From Vicinamibacteria bacterium (GTDB taxonomy: Bacteria > Acidobacteriota > Vicinamibacteria > Marinacidobacterales > Marinacidobacteraceae), in NCBI GenBank assembly GCA_963555995.3, contig OY821641.1:3616001-3680000 (forward strand): a DNA stretch of 64,000 nucleotides, read 5' to 3'. Position numbers and translations under genes: made by a program. A model generated the notes under the pieces. The model was not told where the DNA came from, ran no database searches, and was given only the letters and a program-made list of their open reading frames with translations. Shown here in pieces: positions 1-9,926 of this stretch (positions are counted from its first letter, which is position 1; each line of letters starts with the position of its first letter).

Positions 1-2
1 GG

Positions 3-317
3 CAGCGACCGGTAGCCGTGCTCGTCGTCGTAGCTCGATTGTTCGCCGGCGCCGATGAAGTGGAGGAGGTATTCCCGTCCCCCGGCGCCGGTCGTCTGGC
101 TGGTCATGATCAGGTGGACGTTCGCGTCCTCTTTGTCGTTGACCCAGTTCACCCAGGTGATCTCGGTGCGGTAGTAGCGGGAGTCGCACCGCGGCCCGGA
201 GCAGTCGAAGAACACGTTGGGCCGCCCGTTCCCGTTCTGGGCGGCGGCGGGGTGCGCCGCGCCGAGAAAGAGGCTTGCCGCCGCGAGCAGCCCGAGGCCG
301 AGGCGGCGATAGGTCAT
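3..317 (-). CDS. Secreted/outer-membrane hypothetical protein, N-terminal part (runs off window start)
   Basis: Manual translation from ATG 317: MTYRRLGLGLLAAASLFLGAAHPAAAQNGNGRPNVFFDCSGPRCDSRYYRTEITWVNWV...; signal peptide with AAA-Q cleavage; frame open to the window edge. Confidence 0.75.
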   Translation of the reverse strand, partial: MTYRRLGLGLLAAASLFLGAAHPAAAQNGNGRPNVFFDCSGPRCDSRYYRTEITWVNWVNDKEDANVHLIMTSQTTGAGGREYLLHFIGAGEQSSYDDEHGYRSL

Positions 318-431
318 GCGGGCGTGACGAAGGGCAGCGAACAGCGCACCGGGAAGCGGTGAATCCTAGCCGCGCGCGATCATTTCCACGCGGCTTCCGC
401 TCGCCGCTCCGCGACCGAGGCGCCGCGCGGC

Positions 432-1163
432 TCAGGCAAGGGGCTCGAAGTCCTCGCCGCTCATCGGCTTGTGCTTGTCCCACCGGCTCCGCATCTCCAC
501 GAGCACGCTCAGGCTCCAGGGGTGCGGTGCGGGGTTGACGCGCACGACCGTGGCCTCGTATGCGCCCCGCGACTCCAGCAGCGCCATCCGGACATCCTCC
601 GCAAAGCAAGGGGGTACCCACCCGACAAGACGCTGGTTGGCAGTTCGGACCGGAACCGCCGCTCCGTTCCCGTCATCCCGGTTGTCAGCGGTGAGTCGGA
701 GGCTTTCCCCCGGCCTCAACGCGTCCGCCCGCCGATCGTCCGTGCCGGCGGGAAAGAAACGGCAGACGAAACTCCCGTCCGACTCCTTGACCAACTCCGG
801 GAAGACATCGAGGCGATCGGTCATGCGGCGCCCGCCGTCCACCCACAGGGCTTCGATGGGTTCCGCTGCCGGGCTCAGGTCCAGGATCTCCAGGTACTCC
901 GCGAAGTCAGGACGACGGGGCGACAGGACGCGGTTTCGGAAAACGGGAAACAGCGCTGCGGCGCCATAGTCGCCGCGCAGTTCCGGGAAACCCGGGACCA
1001 GATCGAACCTGCCGGTGCTCCGGGCGCGCTCCGCGCCTTTCAGATGGCGGAAGCGGTACCACGGCTTTCCGAGATCCACGTCCAGACGGCCTACCGGGAA
1101 CCAGGCGTTTCCGGCGGGGTCGCGCCAACCCACGAACAGCGTGTTTCCCTTCAATCCAGACAC
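432..1163 (-). CDS. HIRAN-domain protein (HipA partner)
   Basis: C-terminal part of ORF 432..1925: TLFVGWRDP..WFPVGRL..YRFRH..LFPVFRNRVLSPRRPDFAEYL..GGRRMTDRL, typical of HipA-associated HIRAN proteins; start GTG 1163 or TTG 1154, overlapping the HipA stop. Confidence 0.7.
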   Translation of the reverse strand: MSGLKGNTLFVGWRDPAGNAWFPVGRLDVDLGKPWYRFRHLKGAERARSTGRFDLVPGFPELRGDYGAAALFPVFRNRVLSPRRPDFAEYLEILDLSPAAEPIEALWVDGGRRMTDRLDVFPELVKESDGSFVCRFFPAGTDDRRADALRPGESLRLTADNRDDGNGAAVPVRTANQRLVGWVPPCFAEDVRMALLESRGAYEATVVRVNPAPHPWSLSVLVEMRSRWDKHKPMSGEDFEPLA

Positions 1164-2056
1164 CGGGTGATCTCGGCCGCATTGTAGGCGAGCAGCGTCG
1201 CTGCGAAGTCCCGCGCCGGCCGAGACATCCAATCCGCCGGAACACGGCGCACGACCGCTGTCAGGGAGTCGCCGGACAGCGCCGTCACCCGGCGGATCGG
1301 CTTTTGAAACAGGGCCGGATAGCGCGAGGCGGCGTGCCGGACCAGGTCCAGGGGGCTCGGTCCGTACCGGCCGCCGGTCGACCAGTAGATGCCGCCCCGC
1401 CCCTTTTCGGCGTATCTGCCGACTGTGCCCTCCCCCAGTCGCGCCGTGCGTTTCCGGTCGGGAAGCTCCCTGCCGAGGGAAGACCCGTGATCGAAGGACG
1501 GCGCCAGCGAGCGGCGGCCCGCCGAGGGTGCATCGGACTCGATCAATCCCCAGTTGTCGTGGTGCCGGTCCGTATTGCCGATCAGGGCGTCGAGGACGAC
1601 ATAGCCCGCGAACTGAAGTTTCGCCTCGGCCGCTTCGTCTTCCAGGAACCGTTCCAGTGCCTCGAAGATGTTCGAGAGCGTGTGCGCCGACTGACCGAAG
1701 CGGCGCTGACGGTCGTAAGGCATCGTGCGGGCAAGGACTTCGCCGCCATGCAACAGCGTGGGCGCCTCCGGCGAAAGGAGGGATCGCGTCGTGGACCCGC
1801 GTCGCCCCTCCACCTCGGCCAGTTCGACGGCGGCGTGCGGTACCTCGATGGCGCGCGCCACTTCGGCGGCGACCTTCTCCGCCCAGTGCTGACCGGTTCC
1901 CGCTTGCGGGTACTTGAAGAGCCAATCGGATTGACCGGATGGCTCCCGGTACCAGAACTTCGGCTTGCTGCCCATCGCCTCCTTCAGCGCTTCTCGGGGA
2001 GCGCGGATCTTCAGGATGGGGTAAGGGTCGGGCGTTCCCGTCCCAGGCTCGCTCAC
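1151..2056 (-). CDS. HipA-family Ser/Thr kinase
   Basis: GSKPKFW..WLFKYP..EKVAAE; catalytic DALIGNTDRHHDNWG; LAPSFDHGSSLG. Confidence 0.88.
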   Translation of the reverse strand: MSEPGTGTPDPYPILKIRAPREALKEAMGSKPKFWYREPSGQSDWLFKYPQAGTGQHWAEKVAAEVARAIEVPHAAVELAEVEGRRGSTTRSLLSPEAPTLLHGGEVLARTMPYDRQRRFGQSAHTLSNIFEALERFLEDEAAEAKLQFAGYVVLDALIGNTDRHHDNWGLIESDAPSAGRRSLAPSFDHGSSLGRELPDRKRTARLGEGTVGRYAEKGRGGIYWSTGGRYGPSPLDLVRHAASRYPALFQKPIRRVTALSGDSLTAVVRRVPADWMSRPARDFAATLLAYNAAEITRCLD

Positions 2057-3687
2057 CGCTCCACGTACCCCGGGCCCCGGAGCACCTGGCCCGGCAGTTC
2101 GCCGGTCGGTTCGCCCTCGGCGATGATCGCGACGCCGTTCACGAAGACCCAGGGGATGCCGGTCGGGTAGCGCTCCGGCTCCTCGAAGGTGGCCTCGTCC
2201 TGGACCGTGTCCGGGTCGAAGAGGACCATGTCGGCCTTCATCCCGGGACGCAGCACCCCGCGGTCGGACAGGCCGAGGCGGTTCGCGGGCGCCGAGGACA
2301 TCTTGCGGATGGCTTCTTCCAGCGTGAGGAGTCCCTCCTCGCGGACGTACTTCGCGAGGACCCGCGGATAGGTGCCGAAGGAGCGCGGATGCGGCTTCCC
2401 CATCGGCGTTCGCATCCCGGCGGCCAGCGCGCTGCCGTCGGAGCCGATGTGGGTGAAGGGCTGGGCGAGGGCCTGGACCAGGTTCACCTCCTCGTTCCCG
2501 AAGGAGATCTGGAATCCCTCGCCTTCCTGTTCGATGAGGAGGTCGAGCAGCCCCTCTTCGGGCGTGGTTCCCCGCGCTTCTCCGAGGTCGAGGATCGAGA
2601 GGCCGTCCACCTCGTCCCGGAAGGAGCTCACGAACGTGCGTCCCCAGCGGGACCGCCGGGCTTCGGACTCCCGGAGCTCGGCGAGCAGCCGTTCCCGCTC
2701 GGCCGGGTCCGTCAACCGCCCGAGCATCCGGTCCACGCCGCCCTCCTGCGCCCAGGCGGGCAGGAGCGAGCGCAGGTAGGTCCAGCCCGCGATGTAGGGA
2801 TAGACGTTCCCGGTCACGTCCACGCCCGAGGCGCGGGCCTCGGCGATCATCGCCGCGTACTGCGGGATGCGGGCGCTGGAGGTGGAGTTCAGGTGGTGGA
2901 TCTCGAGCGCCGTTCCCGCCTCGCGGGCGATGGTGATCCCCTCGGCGAGCCCTTCGAGTCCGCCGCGCAGGTGGCTGACGTAGATGCCTCCGTACCCGGC
3001 GGCCACCCGGGTCAGCCGGATCAGTTCCCCGGTGCTCATGAAGGCGTTCGGGATGTAAGCCATGCCGCTCGCCAGCGCGAACGCCCCCTCCTCCATCGCC
3101 TGCGCCACGAGCGCCTCCATCGCCTGGAGTTCCTCCTCGGTCGGGTCCCGCTCCTCGTACCCGACGACGGAGGCGCGCACCTGTCCCGAGCCGACGTAGG
3201 AGACGACGTTCGGGCCGACCCCGGCGAACTCCAGCCGGTCGAGGTAGCCGCCGAGGGTGGTCCAGTCGCGCTCGATGGGCGGGGCGACCATCATCGGGTC
3301 GTCCACCGCCGGGCCCAGCACCGGCCCCGCCGAGAGGTGCTCTCCGAGCACCTCGGTGGTCACGCCCTGCGCGGTCTTGCTCAGGGCGCGGGGGTCCACG
3401 ACCAGTCCGTACTCCGAGTGGGCGTGCATGTCAATGAAGCCGGGGGCGAGGACCAGGCCCTCGGCTTCGATCTCCTGGAGCGCGTCCGGTTCTTCCGGCC
3501 CGACGCTCACGATGGTGTCCCCGGCGACCGCGAGGTTCCCCCGGAACCAGGGGCCGCCGGTCCCGTCCACGATGCGCGCCCCGCGGATCAGCAGGTCGGC
3601 GGGGGCCGGCGCCTCGGTGGGAGGGGCGGTGCACCCGGCCAAGGCCAATGCCGTGAGTACTGCCGGAATCCGTGGAGTGCGTCTCAT
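2053..3687 (-). CDS. N-acyl-D-amino-acid deacylase (amidohydrolase), lipoprotein
   Basis: LAGC lipobox; APGFIDMHAHS, GSDG, PHPRSFGTYPRVL, GMKADMVLFDP. Confidence 0.9.
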   Translation of the reverse strand: MRRTPRIPAVLTALALAGCTAPPTEAPAPADLLIRGARIVDGTGGPWFRGNLAVAGDTIVSVGPEEPDALQEIEAEGLVLAPGFIDMHAHSEYGLVVDPRALSKTAQGVTTEVLGEHLSAGPVLGPAVDDPMMVAPPIERDWTTLGGYLDRLEFAGVGPNVVSYVGSGQVRASVVGYEERDPTEEELQAMEALVAQAMEEGAFALASGMAYIPNAFMSTGELIRLTRVAAGYGGIYVSHLRGGLEGLAEGITIAREAGTALEIHHLNSTSSARIPQYAAMIAEARASGVDVTGNVYPYIAGWTYLRSLLPAWAQEGGVDRMLGRLTDPAERERLLAELRESEARRSRWGRTFVSSFRDEVDGLSILDLGEARGTTPEEGLLDLLIEQEGEGFQISFGNEEVNLVQALAQPFTHIGSDGSALAAGMRTPMGKPHPRSFGTYPRVLAKYVREEGLLTLEEAIRKMSSAPANRLGLSDRGVLRPGMKADMVLFDPDTVQDEATFEEPERYPTGIPWVFVNGVAIIAEGEPTGELPGQVLRGPGYVER

Positions 3688-3766
3688 CTGCCTTGCCTCC
3701 CGGGCTCTCGCCCGCGTCGGTTCGGGGAGGGGACAGGCTAGCAGTCGGTGGCTGCTGGTTTCGGGT

Positions 3767-3831
3767 GGGGTTGCGCCGTGCGCGGCGCGGAGCGCCGCGG
3801 TGCCGGTCTGGAGACCGGCGTTCCAAGCCGG
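3767..3831. repeat. REP-like palindromic element
   Basis: GCCGGTCTGGAGACCGGCGTTCCAAGCC hairpin, shared with many intergenic sites in the window. Confidence 0.8.
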
Positions 3832-3892
3832 TGCGATGTCTCCGCTGTCTAGTGCGGCGACCTAGAATTTCCGTGTGGGTTGCGCGGCCGGA

Positions 3893-6800
3893 ATGACGAG
3901 GGGACAGGGACCATTCCGGCCGTGGGCTGGGTGGTTCCTGCTGCTGGCCTGCCTGCATGCGCCTGACCTCGCGGCGCAGGCGGGGACGACCACCGGCGTC
4001 ATCCGGGGGGAGGTGAGCGATCCGCTGGGGAACGCGGTGCCGGGTGCGGTCATCCTGATCCAGCACCGGGGTACCGACCTGGTGACCGCGGTCGAGACCT
4101 CGCGCGACGGCAAGTTCGTCCGCAGCCTGCTGCCGCCGGGGACCTACGACCTGACCGTGACCGCCGCCGGCGGGTTCGGGACCGAGCGGATCGAGGGCGC
4201 GATCCTGCGGGTGGGGGAGGTGCTGCACTTCCACCTCGACCTGCGGATCGTGGCCACGGAAACGGTGACGGTCTTCGGCGAGCTGCCGTCCCCGGTGGAG
4301 ACCACCGACTTCACCCGCTCGCAGCGCCTGCGGGAGGAGGTGGTGGACGCGGTGCCGAGCAACGGGCGGAACTTCCTCGACCTGACGCTGCTCACCCCCG
4401 GGGCTTCGGTGTCCCAGGGGCCGGACGGCGACGAGCTGAACATCAACGGCCAGCGCGGCATCTTCAACAACTTCATCGTGGACGGGGCCGACTTCAACAA
4501 CCCCTTCTTCGGGGAGCAGCGCGGCGGCCAGCGGGCGGCGTTCACCTTCAACCAGGACGCGGTCGCGGAGCTGGTGATCGTGAACCAGGGCGCCCCCGCC
4601 GAGTTCGGCCGCTCGGCGGGCGGCTTCATCAACGTCGTCACGAAGTCGGGGACGAACGAGTTCGCGGGCTCCGGCCACTACTTCGGCCAGTGGGACGAGA
4701 TCGCCGCCGAGTACTCCGCCGACCGGGGCGGAGGCAAGCCCGACTTCGGGCGGAACCAGTTCGGCGCGACCGTCGGCGGCCCGCTGGCGCGCGACCGGGC
4801 GTTCTTCTTCGTCGCCTACGACCAGCAGGCGGCCGCCGAGACGAAGCAGGCCGTCCGGCGGGTCGCGAACCCGGCGAACCTCGAACGGCTGGGCGCCTTC
4901 CTGAACACCCGCTGGCCGGGCCTCTTCGAGGACGAGTTCGGTCCCATCCGCCGCACCGACGACGCCCGGGCGCTGCTCGTGAAGCTGGACCTCAACCTGA
5001 GCGGCCGGCACCAGGCGTCGCTCAAGTACAACGCCACCTGGTCGGAACAGGTGAACGGCACCTTCGACGTGGACTCGTGGGGCGCCTCCATGAACGGCAT
5101 CGAGCGCGACCGCTCGCACGCGGTGAACGGCAGCCTGCGCTCGCTGCTCACCGGCGCGCTGTCGAACGAGCTGCGGGTCCAGTGGGCGCGGGAGGACCGG
5201 CCGCGCTGGTACGACGGCCCGTTGCTGCCGGGGGCCGTCCATCCGGGGCAGCCGCAGTTCGACCGGCTCGGGGGGCGTCCGTTCCCCGACATCGCCATGG
5301 ACTTCGCGGACGGCTTCCGCATCGGGCTGCCGTTCTTCCTCCCCATTGACCCCTCCTTCGACGACCGGTTCCAGTTGGTGGACAACGTGTCCTACGCGGC
5401 CGGGGCGCACCTGTTCAAGGCCGGGTTGGAATACAACCGCACGCGGGCGAAGCAGCAGTTCATCGGGATGGCGAACAGCCGCTACCTCTTCGACTCCGTC
5501 GAGGGCTTCATCGGGTTCGCCACCCACGGCGGCGGCTACGTCCACTGCTCCGACGGGTCGTCCGCCACTTCCGGGGCCTGTCCGGCGGGCGCCTCCATCA
5601 CCGGTCCGGTGCTGCTCTACCTCCAGTCGGCCACGGTTCCGGGGATCCCGGCCGCCGAACTCGGCGTCCAGGAACTTCCGATGCAGGAACTGGGGGTCTT
5701 CGTGCAGGACACCTGGCATCCGGGCGAGCACCTGACGCTCGACCTGGGCCTCCGCTGGGACGGGACCTGGCATCCGGACGTGTTCGTCGAGCCGGAGGAC
5801 ACCTTCTTCGCGCCGTACCTCGGCAATCCGGCGTTCCCCTCGGACGGGCGAATTCCCGACGACCTCGACAACTTCCAGCCGCGCTTCGGGGTGGCGTGGG
5901 ACGTCGCCGCGGACGGGCGCACGGTGGCGCGGGCGGCGGCCGGGTCCTACGTCTCCCGGATCCCGATGCTGGTCTTCGCCCAGCACCGCTCCACGAACGG
6001 CGCGTTCCAGCAGACCCTGTTCCGCAGCAGCGCCGACACCGTCCTCGGCCCGGTGCCGGAGCTGGACCGCCAGCTCGACGCCTCGGGAGCGCCGCCCTTC
6101 CTGCCGGACATCCAGGTCGCCGACCGGAACCTTGCACTGCCGCGCACCTGGTCGTTCAGCCTGGGGCTGGATCGGGACCTGGGGCGGGGGATGGCCGCCA
6201 GCGCCAACTTCGTGTACGCCCGGACCGACCAGCTCTTCCGCTACCTCAACCGCAACGATCCGGCCTTCGGCGCCCCCTTCGGCATCGGCACCCACCCCGG
6301 CGGGGGCGGGATCAACACCCTCACCGTCGCCGAGAGCACGGCGCGGTCGCGCTACCAGGCGCTGACCCTCGGGCTGCGCGGCTGGAGTTCGCTCGGGGAC
6401 CGGCCGCTGACATTCGAGGCCCACTACACCCTCGCCTTCGACCGCTCCGACGACGACAACGAGCGGGACCCGTTCACCTTCCGCTATGCCGACCCGTCGA
6501 ACCTCGGCCCCGAGTTCGGCTGGTCGGACCGCGACCGCCGCCACCAGGTGAGCGGCTACCTGCTCGTCACGCTTCCGGGCGATGTGAACTGGAACAACGT
6601 GTTCCGGTATCTGTCGGCTTCGCCCGCCTCCGAGGCGTGCGCCCGGCCCGGCGAGCGGGCGAACCAGCCCTCGGACCGCATCTGCGCCGACGGCTCCATC
6701 CTCACCCGGAACACCCTGCGGCGCGACAACGCGTTCTTCACCTGGGACCTCCGCATCTCACGCCGCTTCGCGCTGCCGAACGGCGCGACCGTCGAACCCA

Positions 6801-6943
6801 TCGTCGAGGTGTTCAACCTCACCGGCGCCGACAACTTCCTCGACAGCCACACCGGCTCGCTGCTCTTCAACTTCGACGGCACGCTCCGCAGCGGCCTCGG
6901 CGACACCCGCCGCGGCCAGTTGGGCCTCAGCCTGCGCTTCTGA
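3893..6943 (+). CDS. TonB-dependent receptor, Oar-like, with N-terminal carboxypeptidase-regulatory-like domain
   Basis: Signal peptide; GEVSDPLGNAVPGA; GRNFLDL; AEFGRSAGGFINVVTKSGTN; NQFGATVGGP; NFQPRFGVAWD; C-terminal Phe. Confidence 0.92.
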   Translation: MTRGQGPFRPWAGWFLLLACLHAPDLAAQAGTTTGVIRGEVSDPLGNAVPGAVILIQHRGTDLVTAVETSRDGKFVRSLLPPGTYDLTVTAAGGFGTERIEGAILRVGEVLHFHLDLRIVATETVTVFGELPSPVETTDFTRSQRLREEVVDAVPSNGRNFLDLTLLTPGASVSQGPDGDELNINGQRGIFNNFIVDGADFNNPFFGEQRGGQRAAFTFNQDAVAELVIVNQGAPAEFGRSAGGFINVVTKSGTNEFAGSGHYFGQWDEIAAEYSADRGGGKPDFGRNQFGATVGGPLARDRAFFFVAYDQQAAAETKQAVRRVANPANLERLGAFLNTRWPGLFEDEFGPIRRTDDARALLVKLDLNLSGRHQASLKYNATWSEQVNGTFDVDSWGASMNGIERDRSHAVNGSLRSLLTGALSNELRVQWAREDRPRWYDGPLLPGAVHPGQPQFDRLGGRPFPDIAMDFADGFRIGLPFFLPIDPSFDDRFQLVDNVSYAAGAHLFKAGLEYNRTRAKQQFIGMANSRYLFDSVEGFIGFATHGGGYVHCSDGSSATSGACPAGASITGPVLLYLQSATVPGIPAAELGVQELPMQELGVFVQDTWHPGEHLTLDLGLRWDGTWHPDVFVEPEDTFFAPYLGNPAFPSDGRIPDDLDNFQPRFGVAWDVAADGRTVARAAAGSYVSRIPMLVFAQHRSTNGAFQQTLFRSSADTVLGPVPELDRQLDASGAPPFLPDIQVADRNLALPRTWSFSLGLDRDLGRGMAASANFVYARTDQLFRYLNRNDPAFGAPFGIGTHPGGGGINTLTVAESTARSRYQALTLGLRGWSSLGDRPLTFEAHYTLAFDRSDDDNERDPFTFRYADPSNLGPEFGWSDRDRRHQVSGYLLVTLPGDVNWNNVFRYLSASPASEACARPGERANQPSDRICADGSILTRNTLRRDNAFFTWDLRISRRFALPNGATVEPIVEVFNLTGADNFLDSHTGSLLFNFDGTLRSGLGDTRRGQLGLSLRF

Positions 6944-7036
6944 GGGACCGCCGGCCTGGAACGCCGGTCTCCGGCCAGTTGCTGTGAAAATGCAGATCCG
7001 GTGCGATGTCAACCAGCGCAAGTGGCGACGCCGGCC

Positions 7037-7199
7037 GGGAGCGCCGGTCTTCAGACCGGCACGCGCTGCGCGACCGCGCAGCGCACGGCAGGACGCCGCC
7101 CCGCGTGATGGCGTTCGACTCTTGCTCCATCACGGCAAAGAGCGGTACGACGTCCGCGGGCCTTCGGCCCGCTGTGCCGGTCTGAAGACCGGCGCTCCC
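7037..7199. repeat. REPIN/MITE-like element, copy 1 (inverted REP pair, 163 bp)
   Basis: Terminal inverted repeats GGGAGCGCCGGTCTTCAGACCGGCAC...GTGCCGGTCTGAAGACCGGCGCTCCC. Confidence 0.85.
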
Positions 7200-7278
7200 A
7201 GCGGGGCTCGCAGCCGTGTCCGTCATTTTCGTGCCCGGCGGGATGTGCGGGAGGACCGCACATGACGGTTTCTCCCGG

Positions 7279-7428
7279 TGGGAGCCGTCAGACCGGCACG
7301 CGCTGGGCGACCGCGCAGCGCACGGCAGGACGCCCCCCGCGTGATGGCGTTCGACTCCTGGTACATCATCGCAAAGAGCGGTACGACGTCCGCGGGCCTT
7401 CGGCCCGCTGTGCCGGTCTGAAGGCCCC
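7279..7428. repeat. REPIN/MITE-like element, copy 2 (eroded ends)
   Basis: Interior nearly identical to 7037-7199. Confidence 0.8.
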
Positions 7429-7524
7429 CACCGGGAGAACTGGCCGGCGCTCCCGGCGGCGCCATCACGGCGCCTGGCCGACCCGCGGGACTGCATTTGC
7501 CGAGCAGACCAGCCTGCCTCCGCC

Positions 7525-9834
7525 CTAGAAGAACCTGAGCGAGTAGCTGATCCGGAAGCCGCGGCCCATCTGGGGGGCCATGTCCTTGATCAGCGAATTG
7601 TGGTGGCTGTACTCGGCGTCGGTGATGTTGTAGGCGCCGAGCGAGATGTTCGAGGTCGTGCTCGCTCGGACGAACACGTAGGAGGCGGTGAAGTCGAACA
7701 CCGCGTATCCGTCGGTCGGGGTCTCGTCCCGGTAGAGACGGTCCATCCGGGCGGCCCAGCGTAGCCGGGGCGCGAGGCGCAGCTTGCCGACCGGGACGTC
7801 GAGCCGCAGGTGACCGCCGAGCGGGGGGATGCGCGGCACGTACTCGCCGCTCGCGAGCTTGGCGTCCACGTAGGCGGCGTTCGCCACCAGCTCGGCGGCG
7901 CCGAGGCTCAGGTGTCCCTCCGCTTCGAAGCCCTGGTAGGTCGCGTCCGATTGCTGGAACAGCCAGACGGGCAAGCCGCTGATCCTTCCGCCCAGCACCT
8001 CTCCGAAGACGAAGTTGGAGATGTCGTAACGGAAGACGCTGAGGCTCCCGGTGAGCGCTTCCGAACTCTGCCGGAGGCTCAGGTCGAATCCCAGCGACCG
8101 TTCCTGGTCGAGTTCGGGATTGCCGATCTCGTACGCCAGGTTCCCGATGTGGGGGCCGAAGTTGTAGAGCTCCTCGAGCGAGGGGGCGCGGGTCGCGAGG
8201 CTCGCCACGCCGACCAGGGCGGTGGAGCCGCCCACCGCGAGCCGGGCGCCGGTGCTCGCCGACGCGGTGAGGAAGTCGCGGTCCCGGACCTCCGCCGGCC
8301 GGAGCGGGTTCGTGTCTTCCCCGACGTCGTAGGCGTTTCGCTCGGCGCGCGCGCCGAGCAGCAGATCGAGTCGCTCGTTCGCTTCGATCTCGTTGTAGGT
8401 GAAGACCGCGAACGCGTTCTGCCGGGTCTCCGGCGCCAGCGCTTCGTGGCCCCAGGCTTCGTAGTCCCGCACGTTGCCCCAGACCCCGACCCGGCTGTTC
8501 ACCCGCCCCGCCGGTTTCCTGAGCTCACCGCGGAAGACGACCGACCGGTTGTCGAAGTGGGTCGCCACGATCTCTTCCCCACTGGCCTCGAAGGTCTCGA
8601 TCTCGTCCTGGTCGTAGTCGGCGTAGCGGACCGTGAACTCCGCCTCGTCGAACACGAAACCGAGGCCGCGGAACCCGAAGTCGGTACGGAACTGCCGCCG
8701 GTTCATCGTGACGTCCACCGTCAGTTTTTCGTCGTCGCCAACCGGCCCATGGTCGTGCCCCACGTGGCTGCCGTGGAAGTCTCCGGCGAACGGAACCCCG
8801 TAGCGGGCGTCATCGAGGCGCACGGTGCCCGAGAGCCAGGCCCGCTCGCCGAAGAGACCGAACCCCGCCTCTCCCTGATTCATGGAGCTTTCGGTGTTCT
8901 CGACCACCCCGGCGGGGGTGTTGTAGTCCTCGGTCCGGTTCGCGTTGCCCCCGCCCCAGGCGAACCAGTTCCCGCCGGACGCCTGCGCGCGAACGCCGCC
9001 CCGGGTCCCGGCGTCGTTGGTCGAGTAGTCGAGGTTGGCCTGCCCCCGGAATCCGGGCGGCGGCGAGTGCGCGAGGTGGGACGCCATGGAGATCACGTTC
9101 ACCGTGCCGCCGATGGCGTTCGACCCGTAGAGCAGCGTCGCCGGCCCCCGCACGACCTCGATCCGCTCGGCCTGGAGCGGGTCCACCGGCACGCCGTGGT
9201 CCGCCGACTGGCTGCCCAGATCGCTGGTCCGCACGCCGTCCTCCATGACGAGCACCCGGTCTCCGTCGAAGCCGCGCACGATCGGGCGCGCCGAGCCGGG
9301 TCCGAAGCTGCGCATGGCCACGCCGGTCGTGCCCTCGAGCAGCTCCGCGAGGGTGCGCGCCGACTCGTTCTGGAGGTCGAGCCCCTCCATCGCGTGCACC
9401 GAGCCGAAGGTCTCGAACGGCGACGAATCGCTGGCCGAGGCGGTGACCGTGACCCGTTCGTGCATCCGGTGCCGGGACCCGAGCACGATCGGCTCGCCGA
9501 TCTCGAGGTCCTCCTCCTGTTCGATATCGATCGCCACGGTCCGGACCGCGCTGAGGAAGCCGAGGTCCACATGGAGGGTGACGGAGCCGAGGTGGTCCAC
9601 GTCCACGAACGCGAAGCGGCCGGCCTCGTCGGTATGGACCACCTGGTCGGTCTCGATCAGCAGGACTTCGGCGTCGCCCGCCGGTTCGCCGGTTTCGGCG
9701 ATGAGCACCGTGCCCGAGATCGTCGGATGCGCCCAGGCGGCGGTCGCGAAGGCGAGGCAGGCGGCGAGCGGACCGGCCCGCCGGAAGCCGCGCATGAGAA
9801 GCAAGAAGGGTGGAAGGAGAGCATTCCGCAGCAC
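7525..9834 (-). CDS. TonB-dependent receptor, ZnuD-like metal receptor with His-rich loop
   Basis: GTG 9834 with SD AGGAGGT; FGPGSARPIVRGFDGDRV, RIEVVRGPATLLYGSNAIGG, RAPSLEELYNFGPH; loop HGSHVGHDHG; terminal FF. Confidence 0.9.
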   Translation of the reverse strand: MLRNALLPPFLLLMRGFRRAGPLAACLAFATAAWAHPTISGTVLIAETGEPAGDAEVLLIETDQVVHTDEAGRFAFVDVDHLGSVTLHVDLGFLSAVRTVAIDIEQEEDLEIGEPIVLGSRHRMHERVTVTASASDSSPFETFGSVHAMEGLDLQNESARTLAELLEGTTGVAMRSFGPGSARPIVRGFDGDRVLVMEDGVRTSDLGSQSADHGVPVDPLQAERIEVVRGPATLLYGSNAIGGTVNVISMASHLAHSPPPGFRGQANLDYSTNDAGTRGGVRAQASGGNWFAWGGGNANRTEDYNTPAGVVENTESSMNQGEAGFGLFGERAWLSGTVRLDDARYGVPFAGDFHGSHVGHDHGPVGDDEKLTVDVTMNRRQFRTDFGFRGLGFVFDEAEFTVRYADYDQDEIETFEASGEEIVATHFDNRSVVFRGELRKPAGRVNSRVGVWGNVRDYEAWGHEALAPETRQNAFAVFTYNEIEANERLDLLLGARAERNAYDVGEDTNPLRPAEVRDRDFLTASASTGARLAVGGSTALVGVASLATRAPSLEELYNFGPHIGNLAYEIGNPELDQERSLGFDLSLRQSSEALTGSLSVFRYDISNFVFGEVLGGRISGLPVWLFQQSDATYQGFEAEGHLSLGAAELVANAAYVDAKLASGEYVPRIPPLGGHLRLDVPVGKLRLAPRLRWAARMDRLYRDETPTDGYAVFDFTASYVFVRASTTSNISLGAYNITDAEYSHHNSLIKDMAPQMGRGFRISYSLRFF

Positions 9835-9926
9835 GGTGGGACCTCCTGTGGTCTCTGGGTGCGGAGGAACCGGACGTTCAGAGGCGCCGGCGGGGCCGAA
9901 CGGTTCCCGACCTGGAGTGCCGACGG

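Noticed and set aside
3431-6544. 1037-aa antisense ORF, and similar long shadow ORFs (7810..10329, 9810..12854, 13226..15760, 26451..28778, 46935..48950)
   Set aside because: They lie opposite well-supported genes, have no motifs, and are expected from high-GC codon bias
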